A stretch of DNA of 64,000 nucleotides from NCBI GenBank assembly GCA_963783665.1, contig CAWANZ010000002.1:971701-1035700 (forward strand), given 5' to 3'. Source of the stretch: Candidatus Aminicenantes bacterium. Its GTDB lineage: Bacteria; Acidobacteriota; Aminicenantia; Aminicenantales; UBA4085. The notes under the pieces were generated by a model. The model saw nothing but the letters and a program-made list of their open reading frames with translations, was not told where the DNA came from and did no database searches. Positions 43,851 through 54,391 of this stretch are shown here, piece by piece; position 1 is the stretch's first letter, and each line of letters starts with the position of its first letter. The translations under genes were made by a program, and so were the position numbers.

Positions 43851-44232
43851 TGGCTTCGCTCCCTTTTGCTTCTCGATCTCTTCGTTCAGGCGCTTCCGGA
43901 TTTCCTCCAATTCCTCCAGGCTGAGGTCCCGCCCGCCGGCGAAAAAGGACACCATGTCCGGGAAGGAGTCTCCGAAGTAGCGCGAGAGGAAGGATTTGAA
44001 GAATTTCTTCTTGTACTCGTCCTTCGTGATCAGGGGGTAATATTCGTACGTGTTGCCGTAGGCCTTGATGGGAGACAACGCCCTTCTTCTCCAGAATGCG
44101 GATGATCGTGGAGACCGTGTTATAGGCCGGCTTCGGATCGGGGAGCTCGTCGACAATGTCCTTGACGAACGCCTTTTCCAGCTTCCAGAGGATCTGCATG
44201 ACTTGTTCTTCGGCTCGGGTGAGTTCTTTCAT
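43847..44232 (-). CDS. BlaI/MecI/CopY-family transcriptional repressor; one frame change near 44060
   Basis: MKELTRAEEQVMQILWKLEKAFVKDIVDELPDPKPAYNTVSTIIRILEKKGVVSH in ORF 43783..44232. The dimerisation part YEYYPLITKDEYKKKFFKSFLSRYFGDSFPDMVSFFAGGRDLSLEELEEIRKRL is in ORF 43665..44156. In the assembled sequence this frame runs without a stop into the M56 start; one base fewer in an aaaa run would give a stop overlapping the ATG (ATGA). Confidence 0.7.
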
Positions 44233-44435
44233 GGCGATTACAATGTAAAACTAAATATATTAGTTTGTCAACTATTATTTTCGTTTTCATGGCGAAACCT
44301 CCCCCAAATCGCCTCAACTCCTGTAATAGAAACGCTATGAATCGCTATTTTGGTGCAGAGGTCCGGGCTATTTCTTGACACTTGCCGGGTGCCCCCGGCT
44401 ATGCTTTCCCCCAAGCCGGCTCGGACGGCCCAGAA

Positions 44436-44966
44436 ATGAAAATTGCCTGGAAACCCGTTTCGAAACCCGCGCTTTATCGCCGGCGCCGGCGCCGCGGCCG
44501 CCTTCCTGATCTATGCCGCCGTGTCGAAAAGCGGTTTTCTTCTCCTCGATTATGTCAACCTCCCGATCCACGAAGCCGGCCACCTGGTCTTCTCCCCTTT
44601 CGGCCGGACCTTGAGCATTTGGGGCGGAACACTCCTCCAGTTGATTTTTCCGGCCGTTTTCTGCGGATATTTCGTCCTTCGCGGGGAAACGACGGGAACG
44701 GCGTTCACCGCTTTCTGGTTCGGCGAAAGCCTCCGCTATTCATCCGTCTATATCGGCGACGCTCGGGCGATGATTTTGCCGCTCGTCGGCGGCGGGGAGC
44801 ACGATTGGAACACCATTCTGTGGGATCTGGGTTTGCTCGGTTCGGACCGGACGATCGCCGACCTCGTCGGTTTCTTCGGCTGGGCGGCGATGGTCTTTCG
44901 GTCCTCTGGTTCGTCAAAAAAGCCCGGGAGAATCCCGCGGAAACCCCGGTCGGCTCAACCGAATAG
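44436..44966 (+). CDS. small polytopic membrane protein with an HEXXH motif (hypothetical); two frame changes
   Basis: MKIAWKPVSKP, then RFIAGAGAAAAFLIYAAVSKSGFLLLDYVNLPIHEAGHLVFSPFGRTLSIWGGTLLQLIFPAVFCGYFVL ... and a C-terminus in ORF 44382..44966 (...WFVKKARENPAETPVGSTE). The HEAGH motif lies between hydrophobic segments. Confidence 0.35.
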   Translation: MKIAWKPVSKPALYRRRRRRGRLPDLCRRVEKRFSSPRLCQPPDPRSRPPGLLPFRPDLEHLGRNTPPVDFSGRFLRIFRPSRGNDGNGVHRFLVRRKPPLFIRLYRRRSGDDFAARRRRGARLEHHSVGSGFARFGPDDRRPRRFLRLGGDGLSVLWFVKKARENPAETPVGSTE

Positions 44967-44969
44967 AGT

Positions 44970-47223
44970 CTACCGCCCTCCGGCCGGCAAATATTCCATC
45001 AAGAATCCGTACCGCAGCGTCTCCAGGTGCGGCCCGCCGATCCCGTGCCGCCGGTTGGGATATTCCATGAAGTGAAACTGTTTGTTGAGCTCGATCAGGC
45101 GGTTGAGCAGCCTCTGCGTTCCCTGGAAATGGACGTTGTCGTCCCCCGTGCCGTGGATGATGAGAAGCTTTCCGTGAGAGTCCCTCGGCGAACTGAATCG
45201 GCGACCCGTCATGGTATCCTTTGGCGTTTTCGGCCGGCAAGCCCATATACCGTTCCTGGTAGATCGAATCGTAGAGCGTCTGGTCCGGAACCGGCGCTCC
45301 GGCGACGCCGACTTTGTACAGCTCCGGGCGAGCGGAACATCAGATTGAGGGTCATCGACCCGCCGCCGCTCCAGCCATAAACGCCGACCCGAGTCCAGGT
45401 CGACATACGGATGCGAGGCCGCCAAAGCCCGAAGAGCCGCGGCCTGTTCTTTCGAAGCCAGGACGCCGACCGAGCCATAAATGACTTTGCGCCAGGCCCG
45501 GCCTTTGGGCGCCGGCGTGCCGCGATTGTCGAAGCTGGCGATGAGGTAGCCCTCGTCGGCCAGGGCGGCGCTCAGGAGGCGCCCGTTTCCGCCCCAGCTG
45601 TCGGTCACCGTCGTTCCGGCCGGTTCGCCGTAAACGTAGACGATGATCGGATATTTTTTGGCCGGATCGAATTTCGCTCGGCCGGATGAGCCAGCCGTCG
45701 ATTTTGACCCCGTCGTCGACCGTCACCTGGAACATCTCCGTCCGGCCGGCCAGAATCGGCCCGACCTTCGCCTTGCAGCGCCGCGTTATCGGTGAAAACG
45801 CCGGACCGCCTTGTGGTCCGGAAGACGGATCATTTCCGAAATGTTCGGCACGGCGAAGGCCGAATAGCCATGGAAGGCCCAGCGGCAATCGGGCGAGAGG
45901 TTATAGGTATGCGACCCCGGATCCCGGCCGGCGTCACCCGCTCGGTCTTGCTCCCGTCGAGGCGCGAGCGATAGAGATACCGCTGGGTGGCGTTTTCCGG
46001 CGAGGCGTTGTAATATAGCCAGCCGCCCGCCTCGTCGATTCCGGCGATGGAGATCAGGTCGAAGGGCTCGCGTCGTGATGAGCCGGGTCTGGCCGTCGCG
46101 TGAGACGGCGTAGGCGTGGCGCCAGCCGTCCCGCTCGCTGACGAAAAGGAGCGCCTTCCCCTTTTCCAGCCAGATGAATTCGATCGTTGACATCCACCCA
46201 GGCTTCGTCTTGGTCCGCGATGCATCAACCGCGATTTCCCCGTCTCGGCGTCGGCCAGGAAGACGCTGTTTCGTATTCTGCAGCCGGTTGAGGTGCTGAA
46301 AAATCACCTCCCGGGAATTTTCCGCCCAGGCCATCCGGGGGATGTAGATATTCCGGGGATCGCCCGGCGCTTCGATCCAGCGGGTCGGACCGCCCGCGGC
46401 CTCGACCACGCCGATCCGGACCGCGGCGTTTTGCTGTCCGGCCTTGGGATAAGGATATTTGGTGATCGACCGGATAGAGGGCATCGGTATAATTGATCAG
46501 GGCGAATTCCGGAACGCCGCTCTGATCGAACTGAAAGTAGGCGATCCGGCGGCCGTCCGGGCTCCATTCGAATCCATCGCGCAGGCCGAATTCCTCCTCA
46601 TAAACCCAATCGGAGGTGCCGTTGATGATCATCGGCGAGCCGTCCGAGGTCAGCCGGATCGCGGCGCCGCTTTGGATATCTTCGACATAAAGGTCGTTGT
46701 CGCGGACATAAGCGGCCTTCGTTCCATCGGGCGACAGCTTGGCGTAAAGAACCCCGGCCGGGGCGGATCGCGGCCAGCTTGCGCCAGGAACCGTCGGTCA
46801 TATCGAGAACCCAGTAATCGAAGGCGGTTTTCCGGATCATGGTCGGGCGCGGATTGACGGAAAACAGCATCTTCTTCCCGTCGAGGGACGTTTCATACTC
46901 GCCGAACGGAGAGCGGTTTCCCAAGCTGGGGCGGCGTCAACCGGTCGGCCGCCATCCAGACCTCCCGTTTCCCGGTCGCGGTATCGTATCGGACGATTTC
47001 GGCGGCACCGGCTGCGTTCCGTTCGATCGCCGTATAGGCGGCTCCGTTTTCGATCCAGCGGCCCGACCCGCCGCGGGCGGCGGCGAATTCCGAAGTGCCG
47101 AGCCGGCGCATCCATTCCTGCAAGGTGGGCGTGACCTGGGCTGAAGCCGAAAGCGCGCCGAAAGAGAACGGCGACAATCCCGACCGCTCGCACGATGACC
47201 GAATGAAACGTCTTGTTTTTCAT
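44970..47223 (-). CDS. S9-family serine peptidase (DPP-IV / prolyl oligopeptidase-like: N-terminal beta-propeller plus alpha/beta-hydrolase); many frame changes
   Basis: Signal MKNKTFHSVIVRAVGIVAVLF. Propeller-region pieces in ORFs 46893..47177, 46598..46924, 46225..46632 and 45786..46484 (e.g. IINGTSDWVYEEEFGLRDGFEWSPDGRRIAYFQFDQSGVPEFALINY). Catalytic domain: RVGVYGWSGGGSMT (GxSxGG), LLIIHGTGDDNVHFQ and FMEYPNRRHGIG. Confidence 0.75.
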
Positions 47224-47434
47224 GAGGAATCCTCTCCCAGAGAAGCGGTGATATGAAATGTATCACCCGGGCTAATAACTGTCAACGAAACGAACGGAGC
47301 CAAGTCTGGAATCACAGTCGATTGACATCCCGGAAGGCGACGGGTAAAATCCATTCCCGAAACAGCGGAAATCGCCCGGTCTTCCGCGGAAGACACCGGT
47401 CATTAGCGTTCCAGAAAAGGAAATCGTCCGTCTG

Positions 47435-48040
47435 ATGCAAGGGAATCGTGTGAGGGAATTCCGCCGCCGGCATCCGCAGAAATTCGATCCGGCCGCAAGC
47501 GCCTTGCTGGTTCTCGACATGCAGGAATATTTCCTGCGGCCCGACTCCCATGCCTTCATTCCCGGCGCGCCGGGCCTTCTCCCCCGCTTGAAAAAACTCC
47601 AGGATCGCTTTCTTGAGGCCGGCCGGCCGGTCCTCCAAACGCGCCACCTGAATCGACCCGGTCGGGCAGGGATGATGGAAAAATGGTGGCGTGGCCTGAT
47701 CCGGGAGAACGACCCGCTCTCGGCCATCTCCCCCGCCCTCACGGATCCCAGGATCACCGTCTTCACAAAAAGCCGCTACGACGCTTTCTATCGGACGCGT
47801 CTCGAAGCCTGGCTTAAAAAACATGGAATCCGCCGCCTGGTTGTCGCCGGCGTCGCAACCCATCTCTGCGTCGAAACGACCATCCGGTCCGCCTTCGTCA
47901 GGGATTTCGAATGCTTCCTGCCCTTGGACGGGACGGCGACCTGGAATGACGCCTTTTTCCGCGGGTCCGTCCGCAATCTCGGTCACGGCTTTGCGGTTCC
48001 GGTCCGGATCGCCGAAATTCTCAGGGCGTTTTCCGCATGA
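47435..48040 (+). CDS. isochorismatase-family cysteine hydrolase
   Basis: Intact 201 aa. ALLVLDMQEYF ... RLVVAGVATHLCVETTIRSAF, with the catalytic Cys in the HLC context. Confidence 0.8.
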   Translation: MQGNRVREFRRRHPQKFDPAASALLVLDMQEYFLRPDSHAFIPGAPGLLPRLKKLQDRFLEAGRPVLQTRHLNRPGRAGMMEKWWRGLIRENDPLSAISPALTDPRITVFTKSRYDAFYRTRLEAWLKKHGIRRLVVAGVATHLCVETTIRSAFVRDFECFLPLDGTATWNDAFFRGSVRNLGHGFAVPVRIAEILRAFSA

Positions 48041-48946
48041 AGCCGATTCCGGTCGTCATCATCGGCGGCGGCCCGGCCGGGATCGCCGCGGCCGGGCAGC
48101 TTTACCGGATGGGAATCGAAGCCGTCCTGTTCGAGCAGGAAACGCTCGGCGGATTGATGCGCCAGGCGGATTGGATCGAGAATTACCCGGGTTTTCCCTC
48201 CGGGATCAAGGGCGAGGACTTGGCCCGGCGGTTTTGCGAAGGCCTCGAACACCGGGCCGTCGACGCCCGGAAGGAACAAGTCCTCGCCCTCGACTTCACA
48301 CCCGCCGATCGGGCCTTCGCGGTCACAACCGACCACGGACGTCTCTCGGCCGACCGGGTCATCGTCGCTTCCGGGACCAAACCGAAATCGCTCCCCTTGT
48401 TTGACGAGATGGACGCCGCGGGCCGGTCGCGGATTTTTTTTGACCGGACGAAAATCCCTGCCGACGGAAGGCGGCGGGTGGCCGTCATCGGGGCCGGCGA
48501 CATCGCCCTGGATTACGCCCTGAGCCTGAGCTTGAATCCGGGACACGAGGTGTCCATCCTCTGTCGCGGAGAGAAATGCCGGCGCTCTCCCGCTCCTCCA
48601 GGAGAGGATCGCCCGGATCCGGACGATCAGCCTCCGATTGCGATGCGAGCTGGACGGGGTGAGTTCCCTCCCGTCCGGCGCGTTTCGGCTTTCGGGGAAA
48701 AACGCCACGGGCCGCTTTTCCCTTGAGGTTGATGATATCCTGGTCGCGATCGGCCGGGAACCGCGCAAGGATTTCTACACGCCGCGGCTCCTCGACCTTG
48801 AGGCGAATGTGATCGCGACGGGGCGACTTCTTCCGGCCGGGGACGTGAAAAACGGGCTCCGCCGCCAAATCGGAATCGCCGTCGGGGACGGATTGGCCGC
48901 GGCCATGTCAGCCGCCGGAATCCCCCGGGACGGTGAATGCGGATGA
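48037..48946 (+). CDS. FAD/NAD(P)-binding oxidoreductase (thioredoxin-reductase-like, pyridine nucleotide-disulfide family); one frame change near 48590
   Basis: VVIIGGGPAGIAAAGQL FAD motif. Second Rossmann motif RVAVIGAGDIALDYA. C-terminal GRLLPAGDV is in ORF 48638..48946. The start overlaps the isochorismatase stop (ATGA). Confidence 0.65.
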
Positions 48947-49905
48947 AGATCATCGCCAAAACCGCCGCCTCGGACTTGGCCACGGTCTTCGTGGCAGAGT
49001 CGCCCGACGGCCGCCGGATCGAATTCGTCGAATCCCGGCAGCCGCCCCGGTCACGGCTCGAAAAATGGGTCGCCATCCTTTCGGTCTCGTTCGGTTGTCC
49101 CATCCGCTGCCCGATGTGCGACGCCGGCGGCGATTACCGAGGCCCTCTTGCGGCCGAACAGATTTGGTTCCAGCTGGATACGCTCCGTCGCCATTTCTTT
49201 CCCGAACCGTTTCTTCCCGTGCATCTTTTCAAAGTCCAGTTCGCCCGGATGGGCGAGCCGGCGCTCAATCCCGCCGTCCTCGACGTCCTGACCGAGCTGC
49301 CCCTGCGGTTGAAAGCCCGGAACATCACGCCTTGCGTCTCGACGGTCGCCCCGCGGGGAAGCGAGCACTTTTTCTCCGGCCTGATCGACATCAAGGAAAG
49401 GCTCTACCGGGACGGCCGGTTCCAAATGCAGTTTTCCATCCACGATACCGATCCCGCCCGCCGCGACCGCTGGATCCCTGCGGCCAAATGGGGCCTGGCC
49501 GAAATCGCCGCCTTCGGCGAGCAGTTCGTCCGGCCGGGCGACCGAAAAATCACGTTGAACTTCGCCCTGGCGGAGGAAAATCAGTTGAATCCGGAGATCA
49601 TCGGCCGGATGTTCGATCCGGCTCTCTTTCTGATCAAGATCACGCCAGTGAATCCGACGTTCCGGGCCGGACAAAACCGGATCTTCAGCTGGACCGATGA
49701 CGCGGAGAAGATCCTGGCCCTGCCCGCCTGCCGGCAGCTCACGTCCGAAGGCTACGAAATCATCGCCAGCATCGGGGAGCTCGAGGAAAACCGGATCGGG
49801 AGCAATTGCGGCCAATACATCCGGAGGATGGACGGCGAGGCGGATTCCGTCCTTTCCGGCCCGGCGTATTCCTATCCCCTGGTCGAAATGAGCGAAGAAG
49901 CTTAG
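48937..49905 (+). CDS. radical SAM enzyme of unknown specificity
   Basis: Intact 322 aa. CxxxCxxC cluster-binding motif SFGCPIRCPMCDAGG. Glycine-rich SAM region FARMGEPALN. The start overlaps the preceding gene's end by 10 nt. Confidence 0.75.
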   Translation: MRMKIIAKTAASDLATVFVAESPDGRRIEFVESRQPPRSRLEKWVAILSVSFGCPIRCPMCDAGGDYRGPLAAEQIWFQLDTLRRHFFPEPFLPVHLFKVQFARMGEPALNPAVLDVLTELPLRLKARNITPCVSTVAPRGSEHFFSGLIDIKERLYRDGRFQMQFSIHDTDPARRDRWIPAAKWGLAEIAAFGEQFVRPGDRKITLNFALAEENQLNPEIIGRMFDPALFLIKITPVNPTFRAGQNRIFSWTDDAEKILALPACRQLTSEGYEIIASIGELEENRIGSNCGQYIRRMDGEADSVLSGPAYSYPLVEMSEEA

Positions 49906-50765
49906 TCCACGATTTTTCCGTTGGCGTAGGTGAACTGCTGGCCCATCCTCATCGGGACGTGAACGGCTTGGCCCGGGATCTCGGCCTGAACGGCTTTTTT
50001 AAAATCGAGGTATCTCGCATCGCCGGCGGTCGCGTGCATGGGAAAAGACGCATTCACCCGGAATTTCCGATAGAAATCGCGGTTCTGAACGCCATATTTC
50101 TCCGTTTTTTCGAAGACGGTAAAAACGAAGGCCAGGTCGATGCGGTCCGTTTTTGTCTTCAAGTATTGATTCTCGGCGATGGGATCGTCAGGCAGGCAGT
50201 CGCCGTTGTGATAGATGACGAGCCCATCGACCTTGATGAGCCAGCCCGACTCGGGAACCCCGGAATGATGGGAATTGATTGTCGCGATTTCCAATCCGCC
50301 GGACTTCAGTTCGGTCCGCGGCCCGGGAAACGCATACACGCCCCGTTCCTCCGGGACCTGCCAGCCGAAAAAGTACTCGATGTCGGGAATCGTCTTCTTC
50401 CATTCGGAAATGAGCGCCGCGTAGTGATCACTGTGGGAATGGGAGACGAACACCCGGACTTTCAGATCCTTGATCTCGTTCGGGTCGATCCAGCCGGAGT
50501 TGAGCGAAGGAAATTCCGGGCGCGTTTTGATTTGCCGGCCGTCCCGCTCCTCCTGGTAATCGAAAATGAGAAAATGGGTCTGCGTCCGGACGGCATACCC
50601 GCAATGGCCGAGATACCAGACGACGGCCTCGCCGGACGGGGGATTGATATCCTCGGGATTCAAATCGGACAGCGACGTTTCGAAAACGGACGGGTCCGCA
50701 AACGCGCCGGTCAAAAAGAAAAGCGTCATCACGGACACAACGGCAAGGATTTTCATAAGTTTCAT
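49902..50765 (-). CDS. secreted metallo-beta-lactamase-fold hydrolase
   Basis: Intact 287 aa. Signal MKLMKILAVVSVMTLFFLTGAFA. MBL motif VSHSHSDHYAAL plus downstream H and D ligand residues (YHNGD). Confidence 0.7.
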   Translation of the reverse strand: MKLMKILAVVSVMTLFFLTGAFADPSVFETSLSDLNPEDINPPSGEAVVWYLGHCGYAVRTQTHFLIFDYQEERDGRQIKTRPEFPSLNSGWIDPNEIKDLKVRVFVSHSHSDHYAALISEWKKTIPDIEYFFGWQVPEERGVYAFPGPRTELKSGGLEIATINSHHSGVPESGWLIKVDGLVIYHNGDCLPDDPIAENQYLKTKTDRIDLAFVFTVFEKTEKYGVQNRDFYRKFRVNASFPMHATAGDARYLDFKKAVQAEIPGQAVHVPMRMGQQFTYANGKIVD

Positions 50766-50886
50766 CCGAAAGCTCTCCTCAAGTCATACCAAAACATCGC
50801 CTTCTCTCCTGCAAAAATCGGGCCATGATTTTCCTTGGGAAACCATCCTTCCTCCTGTAAAATCGGTTTACAAGGTATAAAAAAAA

Positions 50887-51660
50887 ATGAGAACCGTCGA
50901 AGAAAGCGTCGTCCTGGCCATGGACGGGACGGACCCCGCCCTTTACCCCTTTCTCCCCTACATCCTTCAGGACATCTGGGAGATCGGCGCCTCTCCCGAC
51001 GTCATCGTTCACCTGCTTCACAACCACTGCCGGGATCATGCCCATCTTCGGCTTCTCGACCTGGGCTGCGGCAAGGGCGTCGTCTCGATCCAGGCGGCGG
51101 CCGAGCTCGGGATCTCCTGCCTGGGGATCGATGCGGTCGAGGCTTTCGTAGCCGAAGCCCGGGCCCGGGCCGCCGAGCATAAAGTCGATTCCCTCTGCCG
51201 GTTTGAAGTCGGCGATATCCGCAACCGGATCAAGGGACTCGCGGGCTTCGACGTGATCGTCCTCGGGGCCATCGGGCCGGTTTTCGGCGATTACCGGGAA
51301 ACGCTTACGGCTCTGTCCCCCTGTCTGAAAACGGACGGAATATTCATCATCGATGAGGGCTATTTCCCCGATAACAGCCCCTGCACGCACCCGATCATCC
51401 GGGAAAAAAGCGTGCTCTTCGGGGAGATCGCGGCCGCCGGGATGGAGCTGATCGACGAAGTCATCATCGGGGAGGAAGATATCCGGGATGCCGACGCCGA
51501 TATCTTTGAGAGCCTAAAAACCCGCTGTCTCGAGCTGGCCGAAGCTCACCCGGATCGGAAGGATTTATTCCTGGACTACATCCGTCGGCAAGTGGAAGAA
51601 AACGTCGTTCTCGAGGACGAAGCCGTCTGCTCGACGATGGTCATCCGGCGGAAGAAATAG
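50887..51660 (+). CDS. class I SAM-dependent methyltransferase
   Basis: Intact 257 aa. Motif I LLDLGCGKGVVSIQAA; acidic post-I motif GIDAVE; post-II VGDI. Confidence 0.7.
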   Translation: MRTVEESVVLAMDGTDPALYPFLPYILQDIWEIGASPDVIVHLLHNHCRDHAHLRLLDLGCGKGVVSIQAAAELGISCLGIDAVEAFVAEARARAAEHKVDSLCRFEVGDIRNRIKGLAGFDVIVLGAIGPVFGDYRETLTALSPCLKTDGIFIIDEGYFPDNSPCTHPIIREKSVLFGEIAAAGMELIDEVIIGEEDIRDADADIFESLKTRCLELAEAHPDRKDLFLDYIRRQVEENVVLEDEAVCSTMVIRRKK

Positions 51661-51665
51661 GAATA

Positions 51666-52891
51666 TTATTTTCCCCGGGCGGCGAGCAAGGCCGCGTAGG
51701 CATCGACCATTCCCTCGCAGCCGATTTTTCCGGACAGGCCCGGGAGCGGCACGGCCGTGTCCATTAGGATCTTCTTCAGCCCGACCGCGTCCAACCGCGG
51801 ATTGACCGACAGGACCAGAGCGGCGATTCCGGCGACGAGGGGAGAACTACTGGAGGTGCCCGCCGAAAGCCGATAAGTGCTCCGGGCATTTTCCACATCC
51901 GTGGTGAAGGTTTCATCCTGGGCGGCAATGTCCACGTTCTTCGGCCCGAAATTCGATCCCAGAACCCGGTCCCCGGCCGTATAGCGGACCATCTCGCCCT
52001 TGAAATCGATCATGGCCACGGTCAGGATGTTATCGAGGTCAAAGCAGACCGGGAAGATGGCGTTTTCGGTTTTATCGACATCAACACCCGAGTTTCCCGC
52101 TCCGACCACAAGGAGAACGCCTTTCGTCCCGGCATATGCGATGGCCGACTTGAGCTCGGCAAGCTCCTCCGGCGTCGGGTTTGAAACATAGCCGCTCCAG
52201 TTGATAATCCGGGCCCCGTTGTCGGCGGCGTAACGGATGGCCTTGGCCGCCCGGGGCGCGCGCAGGGTGTCTCTCTCTCCGTTTCCGATCCCCTGGGCTC
52301 CCATCTTGAGGAGCATCAGGGACACGTCCCAGTTTACTCCGGCGACGCCGATCCCGTTGTTCCCGCGGGCGCCGATAATCCCCATCGCCGAAATGCTGTG
52401 CCAGTAGGGCTGGATGCGGTCGCGGCGCTTTCCATCATAAATATAACAGTCGGGGTCCGGATCGTCGAAGGCGAAGTCCCAGCCCATGACATCGTCCACG
52501 TAGCCGTTCCCGTCATCGTCGACACGGTTGGTTTCCTTCGCGTGGCCGGTCGCATCCGTCCCGACTCGCCGGGATTGGCCCAGATATTTCCCTGCAGATC
52601 TTCGTGATTGTAGAAAAATCCATCGTCCAATATGGCCACGACGACCTTTCGGTTCCCGGTTGAAATCGTCCAGGCCTTGGTGACGTTGCAGTCGATCCCG
52701 GCCTTGGCTTCAAGGGTGACCGGCGAGGATTTAATCGACGTCCGTTCGACCGAAATCGTTCCTCCGGGATTCAGGAACGTCACCTGATATTTAAAGAACG
52801 GGTCATTCGGGACGACGTTCTTAACCTGGGCCTGACCGGCCGACATAACGGCGGCCGCGAGGACCGGGACGAGAGCAAACATTTTGTTCAT
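51666..52891 (-). CDS. subtilisin-like serine peptidase (S8 family) with a signal peptide; one frame change near 52520
   Basis: Signal MNKMFALVPVLAAAVMSAGQA, AGGAG RBS. Asp region VAILDDG (ORF 52334..52915). His region and GTSSSSPLVAGIAALV (Ser) in ORF 51666..52499. Confidence 0.8.
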
Positions 52892-52989
52892 GGCGATATT
52901 CTCCTGTCGAATCATCCGATTGTACCCCCGGCGGTCGGGAAATGTTAACTGTAGATGACCCGGCCGGCCCTTTCCGGTACAATTCGGGC

Positions 52990-53808
52990 ATGAGCAAAGT
53001 CAAGCCGGCATTGAGCGCTTTAGGAATCATCGTTCTGCTTCTGGCGGGTATCGTCCCGGCCTTCTCCCAGGACTCCCGCGAGGTCGGGAAGGAATACGTT
53101 ACGGCCAGCGGCCTCAAGTACAAGATCGTGGTCAAGGGAACCGGTGCGCCGGCCGAACCGGGCAAGGAAATCGGGCTCCACGGCATCGGGTCGTTTCCGG
53201 ACGGCAAGGTGTTCTGGAATTCCCGGGAACCGAACGACCCGTTCTATTTTGTCCTCGGAAAAGACCGGGTCATCAAGGGTTGCTCCGAGGGCGTCGCCCT
53301 GATGCGGGTCGGAGACCGGTTCATTTTCACCCTGCCTCCCGAGCTCGGCTATGGCGAGCGCGGTTCGCGCGATGTCATCCCTCCCAACGCAACCCTTATC
53401 TTCGATTACGAGATCCTCTCAGTGGAATTTCCGAAAATCTCCCTGACCGAAACGCTTTATAAGGAAATCCAGGAAAAAGGGATCGCTCCGGCCCGGGAGC
53501 TCTACGAGAAGCTCAAAACCGAAAAAAGCGCGGAATACAATTTCCGGGAAGACCAGCTGAACAGCCTCGGCTATAGGCTTTTGCGCGAGAAGAAGATCAA
53601 GGAAGCCGTCGCCGTTCTCGAATGGAATGTCGCGGCAAATCCGAAATCCGCAAACGCCTATGATTCCCTGGCCGAGGCTTATCTCGCCGACAGCCAAACG
53701 GACAAAGCAATAAAAAGCTACGAGAAATCTTTGGAGCTGAATCCCAAAAACGAAAACGCCGCCGCCGCCCTTAAAAAAATCAAGTGGCGTCCCGTTCGCT
53801 TGACTTAG
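52990..53808 (+). CDS. FKBP-type peptidyl-prolyl isomerase fused to C-terminal TPR repeats; secreted
   Basis: Start at MSKVKPALSALGIIVLLLAGIVPAFSQ. FKBP domain: GLKYKIVVKGTGAPAEPGKEIGLHGIGSFPDGKVFWNSRE ... GYGERGSRDVIPPNATLIFDYEILSV. TPR-like helices: NAYDSLAEAYLADSQTDKAIKSYEKSLELNPKNENA. Confidence 0.75.
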   Translation: MSKVKPALSALGIIVLLLAGIVPAFSQDSREVGKEYVTASGLKYKIVVKGTGAPAEPGKEIGLHGIGSFPDGKVFWNSREPNDPFYFVLGKDRVIKGCSEGVALMRVGDRFIFTLPPELGYGERGSRDVIPPNATLIFDYEILSVEFPKISLTETLYKEIQEKGIAPARELYEKLKTEKSAEYNFREDQLNSLGYRLLREKKIKEAVAVLEWNVAANPKSANAYDSLAEAYLADSQTDKAIKSYEKSLELNPKNENAAAALKKIKWRPVRLT

Positions 53809-53867
53809 CCGGCGGTTGACTTATTATCCTATAGTATTAGTAGTAATTAAGCCCTAAGGACTCTTCC

Positions 53868-54344
53868 ATGCATTATCGTCTGATTCCGACTCTGGCCCTT
53901 TTCGCCGTCGTTTCCTTGATCCCCGTCTCCGGGACGGCTACCTCGTCTGCCGCCTCCCTCTCCCTCGAACAAACCGCGGCGACGAAAGCCCCCGAAATCG
54001 CCTGGACTCAGGTTCCCGGGCCAAACAAAAAATGTCAAATCAACGACGATTACTATTTTAAATACGAGTTCTCGGAAAAGCCCAAGATGGGCATGGTCAT
54101 CCTTAAAATCCAGGTCTTCGACAAGAAGAACGACCAGGTCGTCCCCTTCAAGGCCACCGGCCGCTCCGACATGCCCTCGATGCGCGGCGCTCACGACTCC
54201 GGCGACGTGGAATTTAAAGTCAACAAGGTCAACAACTACCTCCTCCCGATCAACATCGTCATGCCCGGCGATTGGGAAATCCGGGTCGTCTTTTCGCTGA
54301 ACGACAAGCCCGTCTTCCACGGGAGCATCAAGTTCGACGTTTGA
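53868..54344 (+). CDS. small secreted hypothetical protein
   Basis: Intact 158 aa. Signal MHYRLIPTLALFAVVSLIPVSGTA. Predicted beta-rich. No motif recognised. Confidence 0.4.
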   Translation: MHYRLIPTLALFAVVSLIPVSGTATSSAASLSLEQTAATKAPEIAWTQVPGPNKKCQINDDYYFKYEFSEKPKMGMVILKIQVFDKKNDQVVPFKATGRSDMPSMRGAHDSGDVEFKVNKVNNYLLPINIVMPGDWEIRVVFSLNDKPVFHGSIKFDV

Positions 54345-54391
54345 GCGGGCGTTTCGTCCGGCGTAATGCGGGGAAAGAATACCCGAAAGCA

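Noticed and set aside
48937-49905. Radical SAM gene as the anaerobic sulfatase-maturating enzyme for the Cys-type sulfatase at 18542.
   Set aside because: Only one CxxxCxxC cluster is present and no C-terminal SPASM cysteine clusters, and the protein is about 320 aa rather than about 370-400 aa. It is also tightly coupled to an unrelated isochorismatase and flavoprotein.
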